Source: Rhabdothermincola salaria
GTDB taxonomy: Bacteria > Actinomycetota > Acidimicrobiia > Acidimicrobiales > Acidimicrobilacustridaceae
Length of the DNA stretch: 64,000 nucleotides
Direction: 5' to 3'
NCBI RefSeq assembly: GCF_021246445.1
Contig: NZ_JAJQXW010000004.1
Coordinates: forward strand, 124,001-188,000
The position numbers and the translations under genes were made by a program. This document shows, one piece after another, positions 27,823 through 36,845 of this stretch. How positions within the stretch are numbered: position 1 is the first letter of the stretch; every line of letters begins with the position of its first letter. The notes under the pieces were generated by a model, which saw nothing but the letters and a program-made list of their open reading frames with translations, made no database searches and had not been told where the DNA came from.

Positions 27823-29457
27823 ATGACCGACCGCACCGAGACACCGTCGGCCACCCGCCCGCCCGCGCCCCGCGATCCCCTGGTCCTGGCCATCGACCTG
27901 GGCACCGGAGGGCCCAAGGTGGCGCTCGTGGGGGTACGGGGCGCCATCGTGGGCCACGCCAAGGTGCCCGTGGGTCTCGTCCTGGTCGACGGCGGCGGAG
28001 CCGAGCAGGACCCGGCCGAGTGGTGGAGTGCCGTGGTGGCGGCCGCCCGCCAGGTGCTCGGCGCCCACCCCGAGCGGGTGGACGACGTGGTCGCCGTGGG
28101 GGTCACCAGCCAGTGGTTCGGCACGGTGGCCGTCGACGACGCCGGCGACCACCTCGGCCCGGCGGTCATCTGGATGGACGGCCGCGGGGCCCGGTACGTG
28201 CGACGAGCCGTCCGCGGCCCGGTGCGCATCGCCGGCTACGACGTGCGTCGGCTGCGAGCCTGGCTGCGGCGCACCGGCGGGATCCCGTCGCTCACCGGCA
28301 AGGACCCCGTGGGCCACATCCAGTTCCTCCGCCACGAGCGTCCCGACGTCTACCGGGACGCCGCCACGTTCCTCGAACCCGTCGACTACCTCGGGCTCCG
28401 CCTCACGGGACGGGCCGCGGCCAGCGGCGCCAGCATCACCGGCCACTGGGTCACCGACAACCGCGACCTGGCGCGCATCACCTACGACGACGAGCTGGTG
28501 GCCTGGACCGGCATCGATCGCCACAAGCTGCCGGAGCTCGTCACCACCAACAGCGTGCTCGGTCCCCTCGCCCCGACCGCGGCCGACGCGCTCGGCCTGC
28601 GCTCGGGGGTCCCCGTGGTCGCCGGCAGCAGCGACACCGCCTCGGCCGGCATCGGCTCGGGCGCCGTGGACGACCGCCAGGCCCACCTCTACGTCGGCAC
28701 CTCCTCGTGGCTGTCGTGCCACCTGCCCGACAAGCACACCGATCTGCGCACCAACGTCACCGCCCTCCCCTCGGGGATGCCGCACCGCTACTGGATGGCG
28801 ACCGAGCAGGAGTCCGCGGGGATCTGCCTCACGTGGTTGGCGGACCAGGTCCTCTTCCCCTCCGACGAACTGGCGGGCGCCGAGCCCCCCGACGACCTCT
28901 TCGACCGGCTCAACCAGGTGGCCGCGGGCGTGGCGCCGGGCGCCCGGGGGGTGGTGTTCACCCCGTGGCTCAACGGTGAGCGCACCCCGGTCGACGACGC
29001 CACGATCCGCGGCGGCTTCCACCACCTGTCGCTGACCACCCGCCGGGCCGACCTGGTGCGGGCCGTCTTCGAGGGGGTGGCCCACAACTCCCGGTGGATG
29101 CTGGCCGCCGCCGAGCGGTTCGTCGGCAGCCCCTTCGAGAGCCTGCGCTTCGTGGGCGGTGGCGCCCAGAGCGAGCTGTGGGGCCAGATCATGGCCGACG
29201 TGCTCGACCGCCCCGTCCACCAGGTCGCCGAACCCGTCCTGGCCAACGCCCGGGGGGCGGCCTTCGCCGCCGCCGTGGCCACCGGGCACCTGCGTTGGGA
29301 CGAGATCCCCGCCCTGGTCCCGGTCACCGCCATCCACCACCCCGACCCCTCCACCCGGGCCGTGCACGACCGGACCCACGCCGCCTTCCTCGACATCTAC
29401 CGTCGCACCAAGGGCATCCACCGCCGCCTCGGCCGCCACCCCCAGGAGCACCCATGA
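27823..29457 (+). CDS. FGGY-family carbohydrate kinase (xylulokinase-like)
   Basis: [49 protein letters not shown]. Confidence 0.9.
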   Translation: MTDRTETPSATRPPAPRDPLVLAIDLGTGGPKVALVGVRGAIVGHAKVPVGLVLVDGGGAEQDPAEWWSAVVAAARQVLGAHPERVDDVVAVGVTSQWFGTVAVDDAGDHLGPAVIWMDGRGARYVRRAVRGPVRIAGYDVRRLRAWLRRTGGIPSLTGKDPVGHIQFLRHERPDVYRDAATFLEPVDYLGLRLTGRAAASGASITGHWVTDNRDLARITYDDELVAWTGIDRHKLPELVTTNSVLGPLAPTAADALGLRSGVPVVAGSSDTASAGIGSGAVDDRQAHLYVGTSSWLSCHLPDKHTDLRTNVTALPSGMPHRYWMATEQESAGICLTWLADQVLFPSDELAGAEPPDDLFDRLNQVAAGVAPGARGVVFTPWLNGERTPVDDATIRGGFHHLSLTTRRADLVRAVFEGVAHNSRWMLAAAERFVGSPFESLRFVGGGAQSELWGQIMADVLDRPVHQVAEPVLANARGAAFAAAVATGHLRWDEIPALVPVTAIHHPDPSTRAVHDRTHAAFLDIYRRTKGIHRRLGRHPQEHP

Positions 29458-30902
29458 CCAGCGACGCCGACCGCACCGCCCCGGTCCCCGAGCCGTCCCT
29501 CGCCCAGTACCGGTCCGACTTCGAGACCTACCACCGCCTGCCCGCCCAGGGCCGGTCACGCGCCCGCATCCTCGCCGAGCTGCAGGAGATGCACGACCTC
29601 GAGCAGGCCCGGTGGGAGGAGGGGTTCGTCTCGGGCGCCGTCTACAACGGCGACGCCGACCACGTGGACTTCGTGAACCAGGCCTACGCCATCCACTCCC
29701 AGTCCAACCCGCTGCACACCGACCTGTGGCCGAGCGCGGTGAAGTTCGAGAGCGAGATCGTGGCCATGACCGCCTCGATGCTCGGCGGTGACGGCATCGG
29801 CGGAGGGCCCGGCTCGCCCGACGGTGTGTGCGGTGTGGTCACGTCGGGAGGCAGCGAGAGCATCCAGCTGGCGATGAAGACCTACCGCGACCGGGGCCGG
29901 TCCGAGCAGGGCGTCGAGCGCCCCAACATGGTGCTGCCCACCACCGCCCACGCCGCGTTCGCCAAGGCGGCCCACAACTTCGGCATCGAGGCCCGGTGGA
30001 TCGCCCCCACCGACGGGTGGGTGGCCGACGTCGACGCCATGGCCGACGCCGTCGACGACCACACCGTGGTGGTGGTCAGTTCCGCGCCGCCGTTCCCGCA
30101 CGGCCTCATCGATCCCATCCCCGAGCTGGCGGCGATGGCGCTCGAGCGGGGCGTGGGCTTCCACACCGACGCCTGCCTCGGCGGTTTCGTCGTGCCGTGG
30201 GCCGAGCGACTCGGCCACGACGTGCCCGTGTGCGACTTCCGGCTCCCCGGCGTCACGTCCATCTCGGCGGACACCCACAAGTTCGGTTACGCGGCCAAGG
30301 GCACCTCCGTCGTGCTGTACCGCGACCAGGCGCTGCGCCACCACCAGTACTTCACCATCACCGACTGGCCCGGTGGCCTGTACTGCTCTCCTGGGTTCGC
30401 CGGCTCACGACCCGGAGGCCTGTCGGCCGCGTGCTGGGCGGCCATGGTGTCGATGGGCGAGGCCGGCTACCTCGAAGCCACCCGTCGCATCCTCGCCACG
30501 GCCGCGACCGTCACCGCCGGCATCCGGGCCCGGCCCGAGCTGCGTGTGTTCGGCGACCCCCTCTTCGTCATCGCCTTCACCGCCGCCGAGGGCGCCACCT
30601 GCGCCGATGGCCGCCCCCTCGACATCTACGAGGTGTACGACGCCATGACCCGTCGGGGCTGGGCCCTCAACGGCCTGCACCGACCCGCGGCGGTGCACCT
30701 GTGCGTGACCCTCCGCCACACCGAGCCGGGGGTGGCCACCCGCTTCCTCGCCGACCTCGCCGACGCCGTGGACGAGGTGCTGGCCGGCCCGCCCACCGGC
30801 ACCGGCATGGCCCCCATCTACGGCATGGCCGACACCGTCCCCGACCGCACCCTCGTCGCCGACGCCCTGGTCGACCACATGGACGCCTGGTTCAGACTCT
30901 GA
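29454..30902 (+). CDS. Sphingosine-1-phosphate lyase-like PLP enzyme (group II decarboxylase fold)
   Basis: [41 protein letters not shown] (PLP Lys), WPGGLY.SP.FAGSRPG; ATGA-coupled to the kinase. Confidence 0.85.
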   Translation: MTSDADRTAPVPEPSLAQYRSDFETYHRLPAQGRSRARILAELQEMHDLEQARWEEGFVSGAVYNGDADHVDFVNQAYAIHSQSNPLHTDLWPSAVKFESEIVAMTASMLGGDGIGGGPGSPDGVCGVVTSGGSESIQLAMKTYRDRGRSEQGVERPNMVLPTTAHAAFAKAAHNFGIEARWIAPTDGWVADVDAMADAVDDHTVVVVSSAPPFPHGLIDPIPELAAMALERGVGFHTDACLGGFVVPWAERLGHDVPVCDFRLPGVTSISADTHKFGYAAKGTSVVLYRDQALRHHQYFTITDWPGGLYCSPGFAGSRPGGLSAACWAAMVSMGEAGYLEATRRILATAATVTAGIRARPELRVFGDPLFVIAFTAAEGATCADGRPLDIYEVYDAMTRRGWALNGLHRPAAVHLCVTLRHTEPGVATRFLADLADAVDEVLAGPPTGTGMAPIYGMADTVPDRTLVADALVDHMDAWFRL

Positions 30903-30977
30903 CACTTTGCTCCGGTCGGCAAGCCTCCCTGCGCCGGCTCTGACATCTTGCTCCGGTCGGCAAGCCTCCCTCCGCCG
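30897..30977. repeat. Tandem 41-bp direct repeat (2 copies) containing the lyase stop codon
   Basis: CTCTGACACTTTGCTCCGGTCGGCAAGCCTCCCTGCGCCGG then CTCTGACATCTTGCTCCGGTCGGCAAGCCTCCCTCCGCCG. Confidence 0.9.
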
Positions 30978-31129
30978 CCTTCGCCGAAACGCGAGGGCTG
31001 ACTGAGCCTCCTTGCTGCGCGGCGTCGGCTGTTGCATGCCGGCTGAGGGTCTGGGTCTGGTGGCGGCGGGCAAGCGCAGCGTCGCCGCCACACCGCGTCC
31101 CGACGAGCTCGCGAGGAGGGCGCCATGGA
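30942..31129. repeat. Dispersed intergenic element, copy A (REP/MIRU/MITE-like)
   Basis: Shares left end GACATCTTGCTCC and right end CCACACCGCGTCCCGACGAGC..GCGAGGAGGGCGCCATGGA with 49090-49269. Confidence 0.8.
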
Positions 31130-31173
31130 TTCGGGGCCGAGTGGGTTCCGGGGGGTGGCCCGCACCACCGGTT

Positions 31174-31292
31174 CTGACGCGCGCACGGGAGCGAGTGCGG
31201 CTCGGCGAGCGCCGCCTGAGATCGACGAAGGATTCGTCGACCCACGCCCGAGCTCGACGAAGCCGCCGCTCCGAGCGACCGAGCACGTCAGG
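31174..31292. repeat. Long imperfect palindrome (~120 bp)
   Basis: Nested pairs CTGACG/CGTCAG, GGAGCG/CGCTCC, GCGGCT/AGCCGC, apical TCGACGAA-GGA-TTCGTCGA. Confidence 0.65.
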
Positions 31293-31431
31293 TTCTGGTG
31301 CGGGACAGGACCCGCCGGAGCCCCGAGGACCCGAACATCGGGAGCGACCCGCCCATGGAGAGTGGGCGAATCTGCACTGATGGTGAAAGAATCCGGCCAT
31401 CGACCCCCTGCCGTCACCCTCTTCCGACGAG

Positions 31432-32526
31432 TTGCCCCGGCCCCGGCTGTTGCACCTGGGTCCACCGCTGGCCGTCATCGTGGTGCTGCTGGGCCTGCTC
31501 GTGTGGGCCGTCGCCACCGACCACCTGGTGACGGCGGTCTGGGCCACGTTCGGCGTGTCGGCCGCCCTCGTCTGGTTCGTGCTCGGCGGCCTCCGCGACC
31601 GCCGGCACATGACCGCCGAGCTCCAGGGCCGGGACACGCAGCTGCTCACCGTGCTCGACGGACTGCCCATCGCCGTCATGCTGCGTGACGAGAAGGGCCA
31701 CTTGCTCCACGCCAACCCCGGGACCGAACGGTTCCTCGAACGCCTGGGGCTGACCGTCGACCACATCGCCGAGAGCCCGGTGGCCATGCTCGACCACATC
31801 GACGTGATCCGCGAGGACGGCCGCCCGTGGCGGCCCGCCGATCTCCCGGTCGTCTCGGCGATCCGCGACGGCGTGAGCACCGACGCCGTGCTCGGCTACG
31901 CCCTGCCCGAGGGGGGCTGGGCGTGGTACTCGGCGCGCGCCGAACCCCTCCCGCTCGGCGACGGCACCCTCGGCACGGTGCTCACCCTCGACGACGTCAC
32001 CGAGCGCCGCGCTCTCGAGCAGGAGCTGCGCGATGCCGCCCTCACCGACCCCCTCACCGGGCTGGCCAACCGTCGGGCGCTGTCCGAACGCCTCGCCGAG
32101 GCCCAGAAGCGCCAGGCCCGCCACGGCGGCGTGATCGGGCTCATCTACCTCGACCTCGACGGCTTCAAGGCGGTCAACGACACCTGGGGCCACGACGTCG
32201 GCGACCGGGTCCTGATCTCGGTGGGCGAGCGCCTGCGTCGCGGCACCCGGGCCATCGACCTCCCCTGCCGCATCGGCGGCGACGAGTTCGTCGTGCTCTG
32301 CGACCCGCTGGAGGACCCGGCGGACCTCGCCGACCTGGTGAGGCGGTTGCGCGAGCTCCCACCCCTCATGGTGCCCGGCAGCCGCGCCGACGCGTTGACG
32401 GTGAGCATCGGGTCGGTGGTCGTGGAGCGGGGCGAGGGCCTCGACACCGCCCTGCGGCGCGCCGACCGCTCCATGTTCCAGGCCAAGCGGGGCACCCCGC
32501 CCGGGCCGGCCGCCGAGGCCGGCTGA
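31432..32526 (+). CDS. Membrane-anchored PAS-GGDEF diguanylate cyclase
   Basis: Two N-terminal TMs, PAS-like segment, DPLTGLANRR, DLDGFKAVNDTWGH, I-site RAID, intact GGDEF; start uncertain. Confidence 0.92.
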   Translation: MPRPRLLHLGPPLAVIVVLLGLLVWAVATDHLVTAVWATFGVSAALVWFVLGGLRDRRHMTAELQGRDTQLLTVLDGLPIAVMLRDEKGHLLHANPGTERFLERLGLTVDHIAESPVAMLDHIDVIREDGRPWRPADLPVVSAIRDGVSTDAVLGYALPEGGWAWYSARAEPLPLGDGTLGTVLTLDDVTERRALEQELRDAALTDPLTGLANRRALSERLAEAQKRQARHGGVIGLIYLDLDGFKAVNDTWGHDVGDRVLISVGERLRRGTRAIDLPCRIGGDEFVVLCDPLEDPADLADLVRRLRELPPLMVPGSRADALTVSIGSVVVERGEGLDTALRRADRSMFQAKRGTPPGPAAEAG

Positions 32527-32554
32527 ACACCTCTGGGGCGCGCTCAGCCGCTGA

Positions 32555-34048
32555 TCAGAGCGTCCCGTCGTCGAGCATGGCGAGCACCTCGGTGGCCCGC
32601 TCCCGCACGGCCGGCAGGTCCCGGAGGCGGCGCATGCTGCCCAGCGGGTTCCCCATGCGGTGGTTGCCTCGCAAGCCATCCTCGTGGCGGGCGAGGAAGT
32701 CCCAGTACAGCGTCGTGAACGGGCACGCATCGGCACCCACCCGTCGCCTGGGGTCGTAGCGACAGGTGCCGCAGTGGTCGCTCATGCGGTTCAGGTAGGC
32801 GCCGCCCGCGGCGTAGGGCTTGGTGGCCATGCGCCCACCATCGGCGTGCAGGGCCATCCCCACCACGTTGGGCAGCATCACCCACTCGGCTCCGTCGACG
32901 AACGAGGACCACATCCACTCGACCATCTCGTCGGGCGCGACCCCGGCCAGCAGGCCCAGGTTGCCGAGCACCATGAGCCGCTCGATGTGGTGCAGCCACC
33001 CGTGCCGGTCGAGCGCCGCCAACGTCCGCCCGACGCACGCCATGTCGGTCGGCCCGCCCCGCAGCACCGGTGGCAGGGGCCGGCGGGCGTCCAGGGCGTT
33101 CAGGCTCCGGTACCCGGGCATCCACAGCCAGTAGACCCCCCACACGTACTCGCGCCACCCGATCACCTGGCGCACGAACCCCTCGGCCGAGGCGATGGGG
33201 ACCGAGCCGCGCCGGTGGGCCTCGGCGGCGGCATCGGCCACCTCGCCCGGGTGGAGCAGTCCGAGGTTGAGGTAGGGGCTGAGCGTCGAGTGGGCCAGCT
33301 TCCACTCGTCGCGCAACATGGCGTCCTCGTGGGGACCGAAGAGGGGAAGGACCTCGTCGACGAAGTGGTCCAGACGGGCGAGTGCACCGGACCTCGACGT
33401 CGCCCAGGTGCCGTCCGGCGGGCCTCCCCAGAGCTCGGGGACGGCCCGCTCGATGTCGGCCAGCACCTCGTCGTCGAGCTCGTCGAGGTCGTCGACGAGT
33501 GGGGCCGGCCAGGGCCGTCCGTCGGTCGGTGGCGGTTCCCGGTTGGCGGCGTCGTGGTTCCATCGGCCGCCCGTGGGCTCGTCGCCGTCCATCAGGTAGC
33601 CGAGCCGGGTGCGTTGCCAGCGGTAGAAGTCCTCCATGCGCAGCCGGGACCGGTCCCCGGCCCACTCGGCGAACTGCTCGGCCGAGCAGAGGAACTGGTC
33701 GTTGGCGACGGTCGCCACGTCGCAACGGGCGAGGAGCTCGGCACCGTCCCAGGACATGGGCGACATCGCCACCACCCGCTCGGGCCGGTACCGGCGACGG
33801 TGGGCGGCCAAGCCGTCGGCGAGGCTGTCCGCGGTGCGCAGGTCCACCTCGAAGCCTTCCTCGGTGAGCTCGCGGGCCAGGCGGCGCATGGACGCCACCA
33901 CCAGGTGGAGCCGCTGGCGGTGCCAGCGGCGCGACGCCCACTTGCCCCGGCTCTCGACCAGCAGCACCCGCACCTCGCCCGGGCGGCGGCCGGCCAGCGC
34001 CCCGCCCTGGCGGCTCAGCTGATCGCCCAGCACCCAGACCGTCTCCAC
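32555..34048 (-). CDS. FeS-cluster bacterial cryptochrome/(6-4) photolyase (PhrB/CryB class)
   Basis: VLGDQL, RMEDFYR, WNHDAANR, EGFVRQVIGWREY, HHIERLM, four Cys (MAC; HCGTC; ACPF). Confidence 0.9.
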   Translation of the reverse strand: METVWVLGDQLSRQGGALAGRRPGEVRVLLVESRGKWASRRWHRQRLHLVVASMRRLARELTEEGFEVDLRTADSLADGLAAHRRRYRPERVVAMSPMSWDGAELLARCDVATVANDQFLCSAEQFAEWAGDRSRLRMEDFYRWQRTRLGYLMDGDEPTGGRWNHDAANREPPPTDGRPWPAPLVDDLDELDDEVLADIERAVPELWGGPPDGTWATSRSGALARLDHFVDEVLPLFGPHEDAMLRDEWKLAHSTLSPYLNLGLLHPGEVADAAAEAHRRGSVPIASAEGFVRQVIGWREYVWGVYWLWMPGYRSLNALDARRPLPPVLRGGPTDMACVGRTLAALDRHGWLHHIERLMVLGNLGLLAGVAPDEMVEWMWSSFVDGAEWVMLPNVVGMALHADGGRMATKPYAAGGAYLNRMSDHCGTCRYDPRRRVGADACPFTTLYWDFLARHEDGLRGNHRMGNPLGSMRRLRDLPAVRERATEVLAMLDDGTL

Positions 34049-34153
34049 CCGCCGCACGCTACGTCGCGTCGGCTCGGGAGCGAGGGTCGAAGCCCGACCC
34101 ACCGATGGCCCGAGCCGATCCGGTCCACGAGCGGTCTGGGATCGTCCCGGCCT

Positions 34154-34200
34154 GATCGCGTCCACCCGGATCGAGTCCACCCGGATCGAGTCCACCCGGA
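34154..34200. repeat. 15-bp tandem repeat x3 (GATCGAGTCCACCCG) in the divergent promoter
   Basis: Direct reading; a degenerate fourth copy lies at ~34117-34131. Confidence 0.9.
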
Positions 34201-34239
34201 CCGGGGCCGCGAGACGTTTGGTGGCACACTCGTCGGTGG

Positions 34240-34884
34240 ATGACCCTGGCCAGCCCCACCCCTGAGGACGTCGCGGGTGCACCCGCGACCGACGACGACA
34301 CGACCCCGCGCGTCGACGGTCGCCGGGCCCGGGCCGAGCGGTCCCGTCAGGCCATCGCCGATGCCCTGTTGTCGCTCGTCGAGGGGGGCGACCTGCGTCC
34401 GACCGCCGGTCGCATCGCCCAGCGGGCCGGCATCTCCGAGCGGCTCATCTACCACCACTTCGCCGACCTCGACGAGCTGCTCCGGGTCGTGGCCGAGCGG
34501 CAGCTGGCCCGGGCTCGGGCCCGGATGGCGCCGCTCGATCCCGTCGGCACTCGCGCCGAGCGGATCGCCGCCATCGTCGACCAACGGGCTGAGCTGTTCG
34601 AGTGGATCACCCCCATCCGGCGGGCCTCCAACCTCCAGGAACCCTTCTCGGCCGACCTGCGGGAGGTCCGGGCCCGCAGCAACGCCGAGCTGCGGGCCCA
34701 CACGGCGGCCCTCTTCTCCGCCGAGCTGGACGAGACCGACCGAGCCGAGCACGACGAGCTCCTGGCGGCCCTCGACGTCACCCTCTCGTGGCCCACGTGG
34801 AACACCCTGCGCGAGAGCGGCCTCGACCCCACGGCGACCCGCCAGACCCTCGCCCGCATGGTGCACGCCCTGCTCGACGGCTGA
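34240..34884 (+). CDS. TetR-family transcriptional regulator
   Basis: DGRRARAERSR, HTH IAQRAGISERLIYHHF. Confidence 0.9.
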   Translation: MTLASPTPEDVAGAPATDDDTTPRVDGRRARAERSRQAIADALLSLVEGGDLRPTAGRIAQRAGISERLIYHHFADLDELLRVVAERQLARARARMAPLDPVGTRAERIAAIVDQRAELFEWITPIRRASNLQEPFSADLREVRARSNAELRAHTAALFSAELDETDRAEHDELLAALDVTLSWPTWNTLRESGLDPTATRQTLARMVHALLDG

Positions 34885-34891
34885 AGCGTCG

Positions 34892-35494
34892 TCAGGGGCC
34901 GTCGCGAGGGATCGTGGCGTGGCGACGGATCCAGGCGTGCATGGCGATACCCGCGGCCACCCCGGCGTTGATCGAACGGGTCGAACCGAACTGGGCGATG
35001 GAGCACACCACCGTCGACGCCGCCTGGGCCTCGGGCGAGAGGCCCGGGCCCTCCTGGCCGAAGAGCAGGAGGCACCGCTCGGGCAGCTCGGTGGTCTCGA
35101 GCGGCACCGAGCCCGGGAGGATGTCGACGCCGATGATCGCCAGGTCCTGCGCCGCGGCCCAGCCGACCAGGTCGTCGATCGTCGGGTGGTGGCGGACGTG
35201 GAGGTACCGATCGGTCACCATGGCGCCGCGCCGGTTCCACCGCCGCCGACCGACGATGTGGACGCCCTCGGCGTTGAAGGCGTTGGCGGTGCGCACCACC
35301 GTGCCGATGTTCAGGTCGTGCTGCCAGTTCTCGATGGCCACGTGGAAAGGGTGCCGGGTGGTGTCGAGGTCGGCGACGATCGCCTCGTTGGACCAGTAGC
35401 GGTAGCGGTCGGTGACGTTGCGCCGATCGCCGGCGGCGAGCAGCTCGCGGTCGAGGCGCGGGTCGTCGGGCCAGGGGCTGGGGTGCGGCCCCAC
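34892..35494 (-). CDS. TrmH/SpoU-family RNA methyltransferase
   Basis: NIGTVVRTANAF, LLFGQEGPGL, RSINAGVAAGIAM; start uncertain. Confidence 0.88.
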   Translation of the reverse strand: MGPHPSPWPDDPRLDRELLAAGDRRNVTDRYRYWSNEAIVADLDTTRHPFHVAIENWQHDLNIGTVVRTANAFNAEGVHIVGRRRWNRRGAMVTDRYLHVRHHPTIDDLVGWAAAQDLAIIGVDILPGSVPLETTELPERCLLLFGQEGPGLSPEAQAASTVVCSIAQFGSTRSINAGVAAGIAMHAWIRRHATIPRDGP

Positions 35495-35570
35495 CCCGAC
35501 CTCGACGTCCGGTGCGCCGGGGGCGGCCCGATCCGCCGCTTCTGATGGCTCGCCCGTAGCCTCGACGCCG

Positions 35571-36836
35571 ATGGCCCTCGCCTCTCCCTCGTGCCGGCGA
35601 CGACGCCGACGGTCCATGCTCGCACTGCTCGCCGCGGTGGTCGCACTGCTCGTGCTGGCCAGCGCCTGCACCACTGGTCGCGGCGACGGCGAGGCGGAGG
35701 GTGCTGGTGGCGACGGCGACCGCGAGCCCGAGCTCACCACCGGCCCCGGGCCCACCTACCCGACGATCCCCTTCGCCGACCTCGATGCCCGCCTGACCCG
35801 TCGGGTGAGCACCGCCGAGCTCCCCGGCGCCGCCCTGCTGGTGGAGCAGGACGGTGCCCGCCTGCACACCTTCGCCACCGGCTCGGTCGACGAGGACAGC
35901 CCTCTGCCCCTCGGCGAGACCGGGGGTTGGCTCACTGCGGCCGTGCTCATGAGCCTGGTGGACGACGGCCTGGTGGGCCTCGACGAGCCCGTCGCCAACC
36001 ATCTCTCCTCGATGGCCGGCGACGACCTGGGGCGCGTCACCCTGCGCCACCTGCTGTCGCACACCTCGGGCCTCCCGTTCGGCATCGACTGCGCCGATGC
36101 GGACGGGTGCGACGCCGGGGTCGCCCGCGCCACCCTGCTCGGCGCCCCCGGCGACGTGTTCGCCGTCAGCCCGGTGGGCACCCACGTGGCCGCCCGCCTG
36201 GCCGAGGCCGTCACCGGCCGGACGTGGGCCACGATCGCCGCCGAGCGCCTCCTGGGCCCCCTGGCCATGAACGCCACCTCCTTCCCCGAGCCCGAACGAA
36301 CCGTCCCCGTCGACGTCCCGGATCCCCCGACCGACGGAGGCGACGGTGAACCGGACGAACCGGTGCTCCCCCCGGCCCCGCGGAGCCTGCTCGCCGTCGA
36401 CGGCACCACCACCGCCGCCGACCTCGGTCGGTTCCTCGCCATGGTCCTGGCCAAGGGCCAGGGCCCCACGGAGCGGCTGCTCGAGGCGGCCTCGGTCGAG
36501 GAGATCGAACGCGACCAGACGAGCACCCTCGACACCAGCCGAGAGCCGTGGGTGGCCGCCACCGGCATCCCCACCCACGGCCTCGGCGTGTGGCGTGACC
36601 GCCCCCGGGGCGACGGCACCGGGCTGGCGTCGGTGGTCAGCGCCCCCAACCAGATCGGCGTGTACCCCCTCGTCGACCGGCCCCGCAACGCCTGGGCCGT
36701 CGTCGCCGTCCTCGACGACCCCCTCGTCCCCCTGGAGGCGGTGCGCGACTCGGCTGCCGTCGCCCAGCTCGTCGGGGTGGCCATCGACACCGACGGCCGG
36801 GCCATCAGGGAGCCGGGCACCCCCCTGGGCGGCTGA
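35571..36836 (+). CDS. Beta-lactamase-fold (serine hydrolase) lipoprotein with degenerate active site
   Basis: Lipobox LASAC; LDEPV..L, VTLRHLLSHTSGL, TTAADLGRFL; SxxK and YxN absent at the expected positions. Confidence 0.75.
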   Translation: MALASPSCRRRRRRSMLALLAAVVALLVLASACTTGRGDGEAEGAGGDGDREPELTTGPGPTYPTIPFADLDARLTRRVSTAELPGAALLVEQDGARLHTFATGSVDEDSPLPLGETGGWLTAAVLMSLVDDGLVGLDEPVANHLSSMAGDDLGRVTLRHLLSHTSGLPFGIDCADADGCDAGVARATLLGAPGDVFAVSPVGTHVAARLAEAVTGRTWATIAAERLLGPLAMNATSFPEPERTVPVDVPDPPTDGGDGEPDEPVLPPAPRSLLAVDGTTTAADLGRFLAMVLAKGQGPTERLLEAASVEEIERDQTSTLDTSREPWVAATGIPTHGLGVWRDRPRGDGTGLASVVSAPNQIGVYPLVDRPRNAWAVVAVLDDPLVPLEAVRDSAAVAQLVGVAIDTDGRAIREPGTPLGG

Positions 36837-36845
36837 CCAGGACGG

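Noticed and set aside
30897..30977. Possible mini-CRISPR
   Set aside because: Only two near-contiguous units, no unique spacers, no cas genes
31125..31688. 187-aa ORF opened by the element's SD+ATG
   Set aside because: Low-complexity product overlapping the GGDEF gene out of frame and running through palindromic DNA
34154..34200. Possible CRISPR or plasmid iterons
   Set aside because: 15-bp head-to-tail units without spacers; no rep or cas gene; chromosomal housekeeping context
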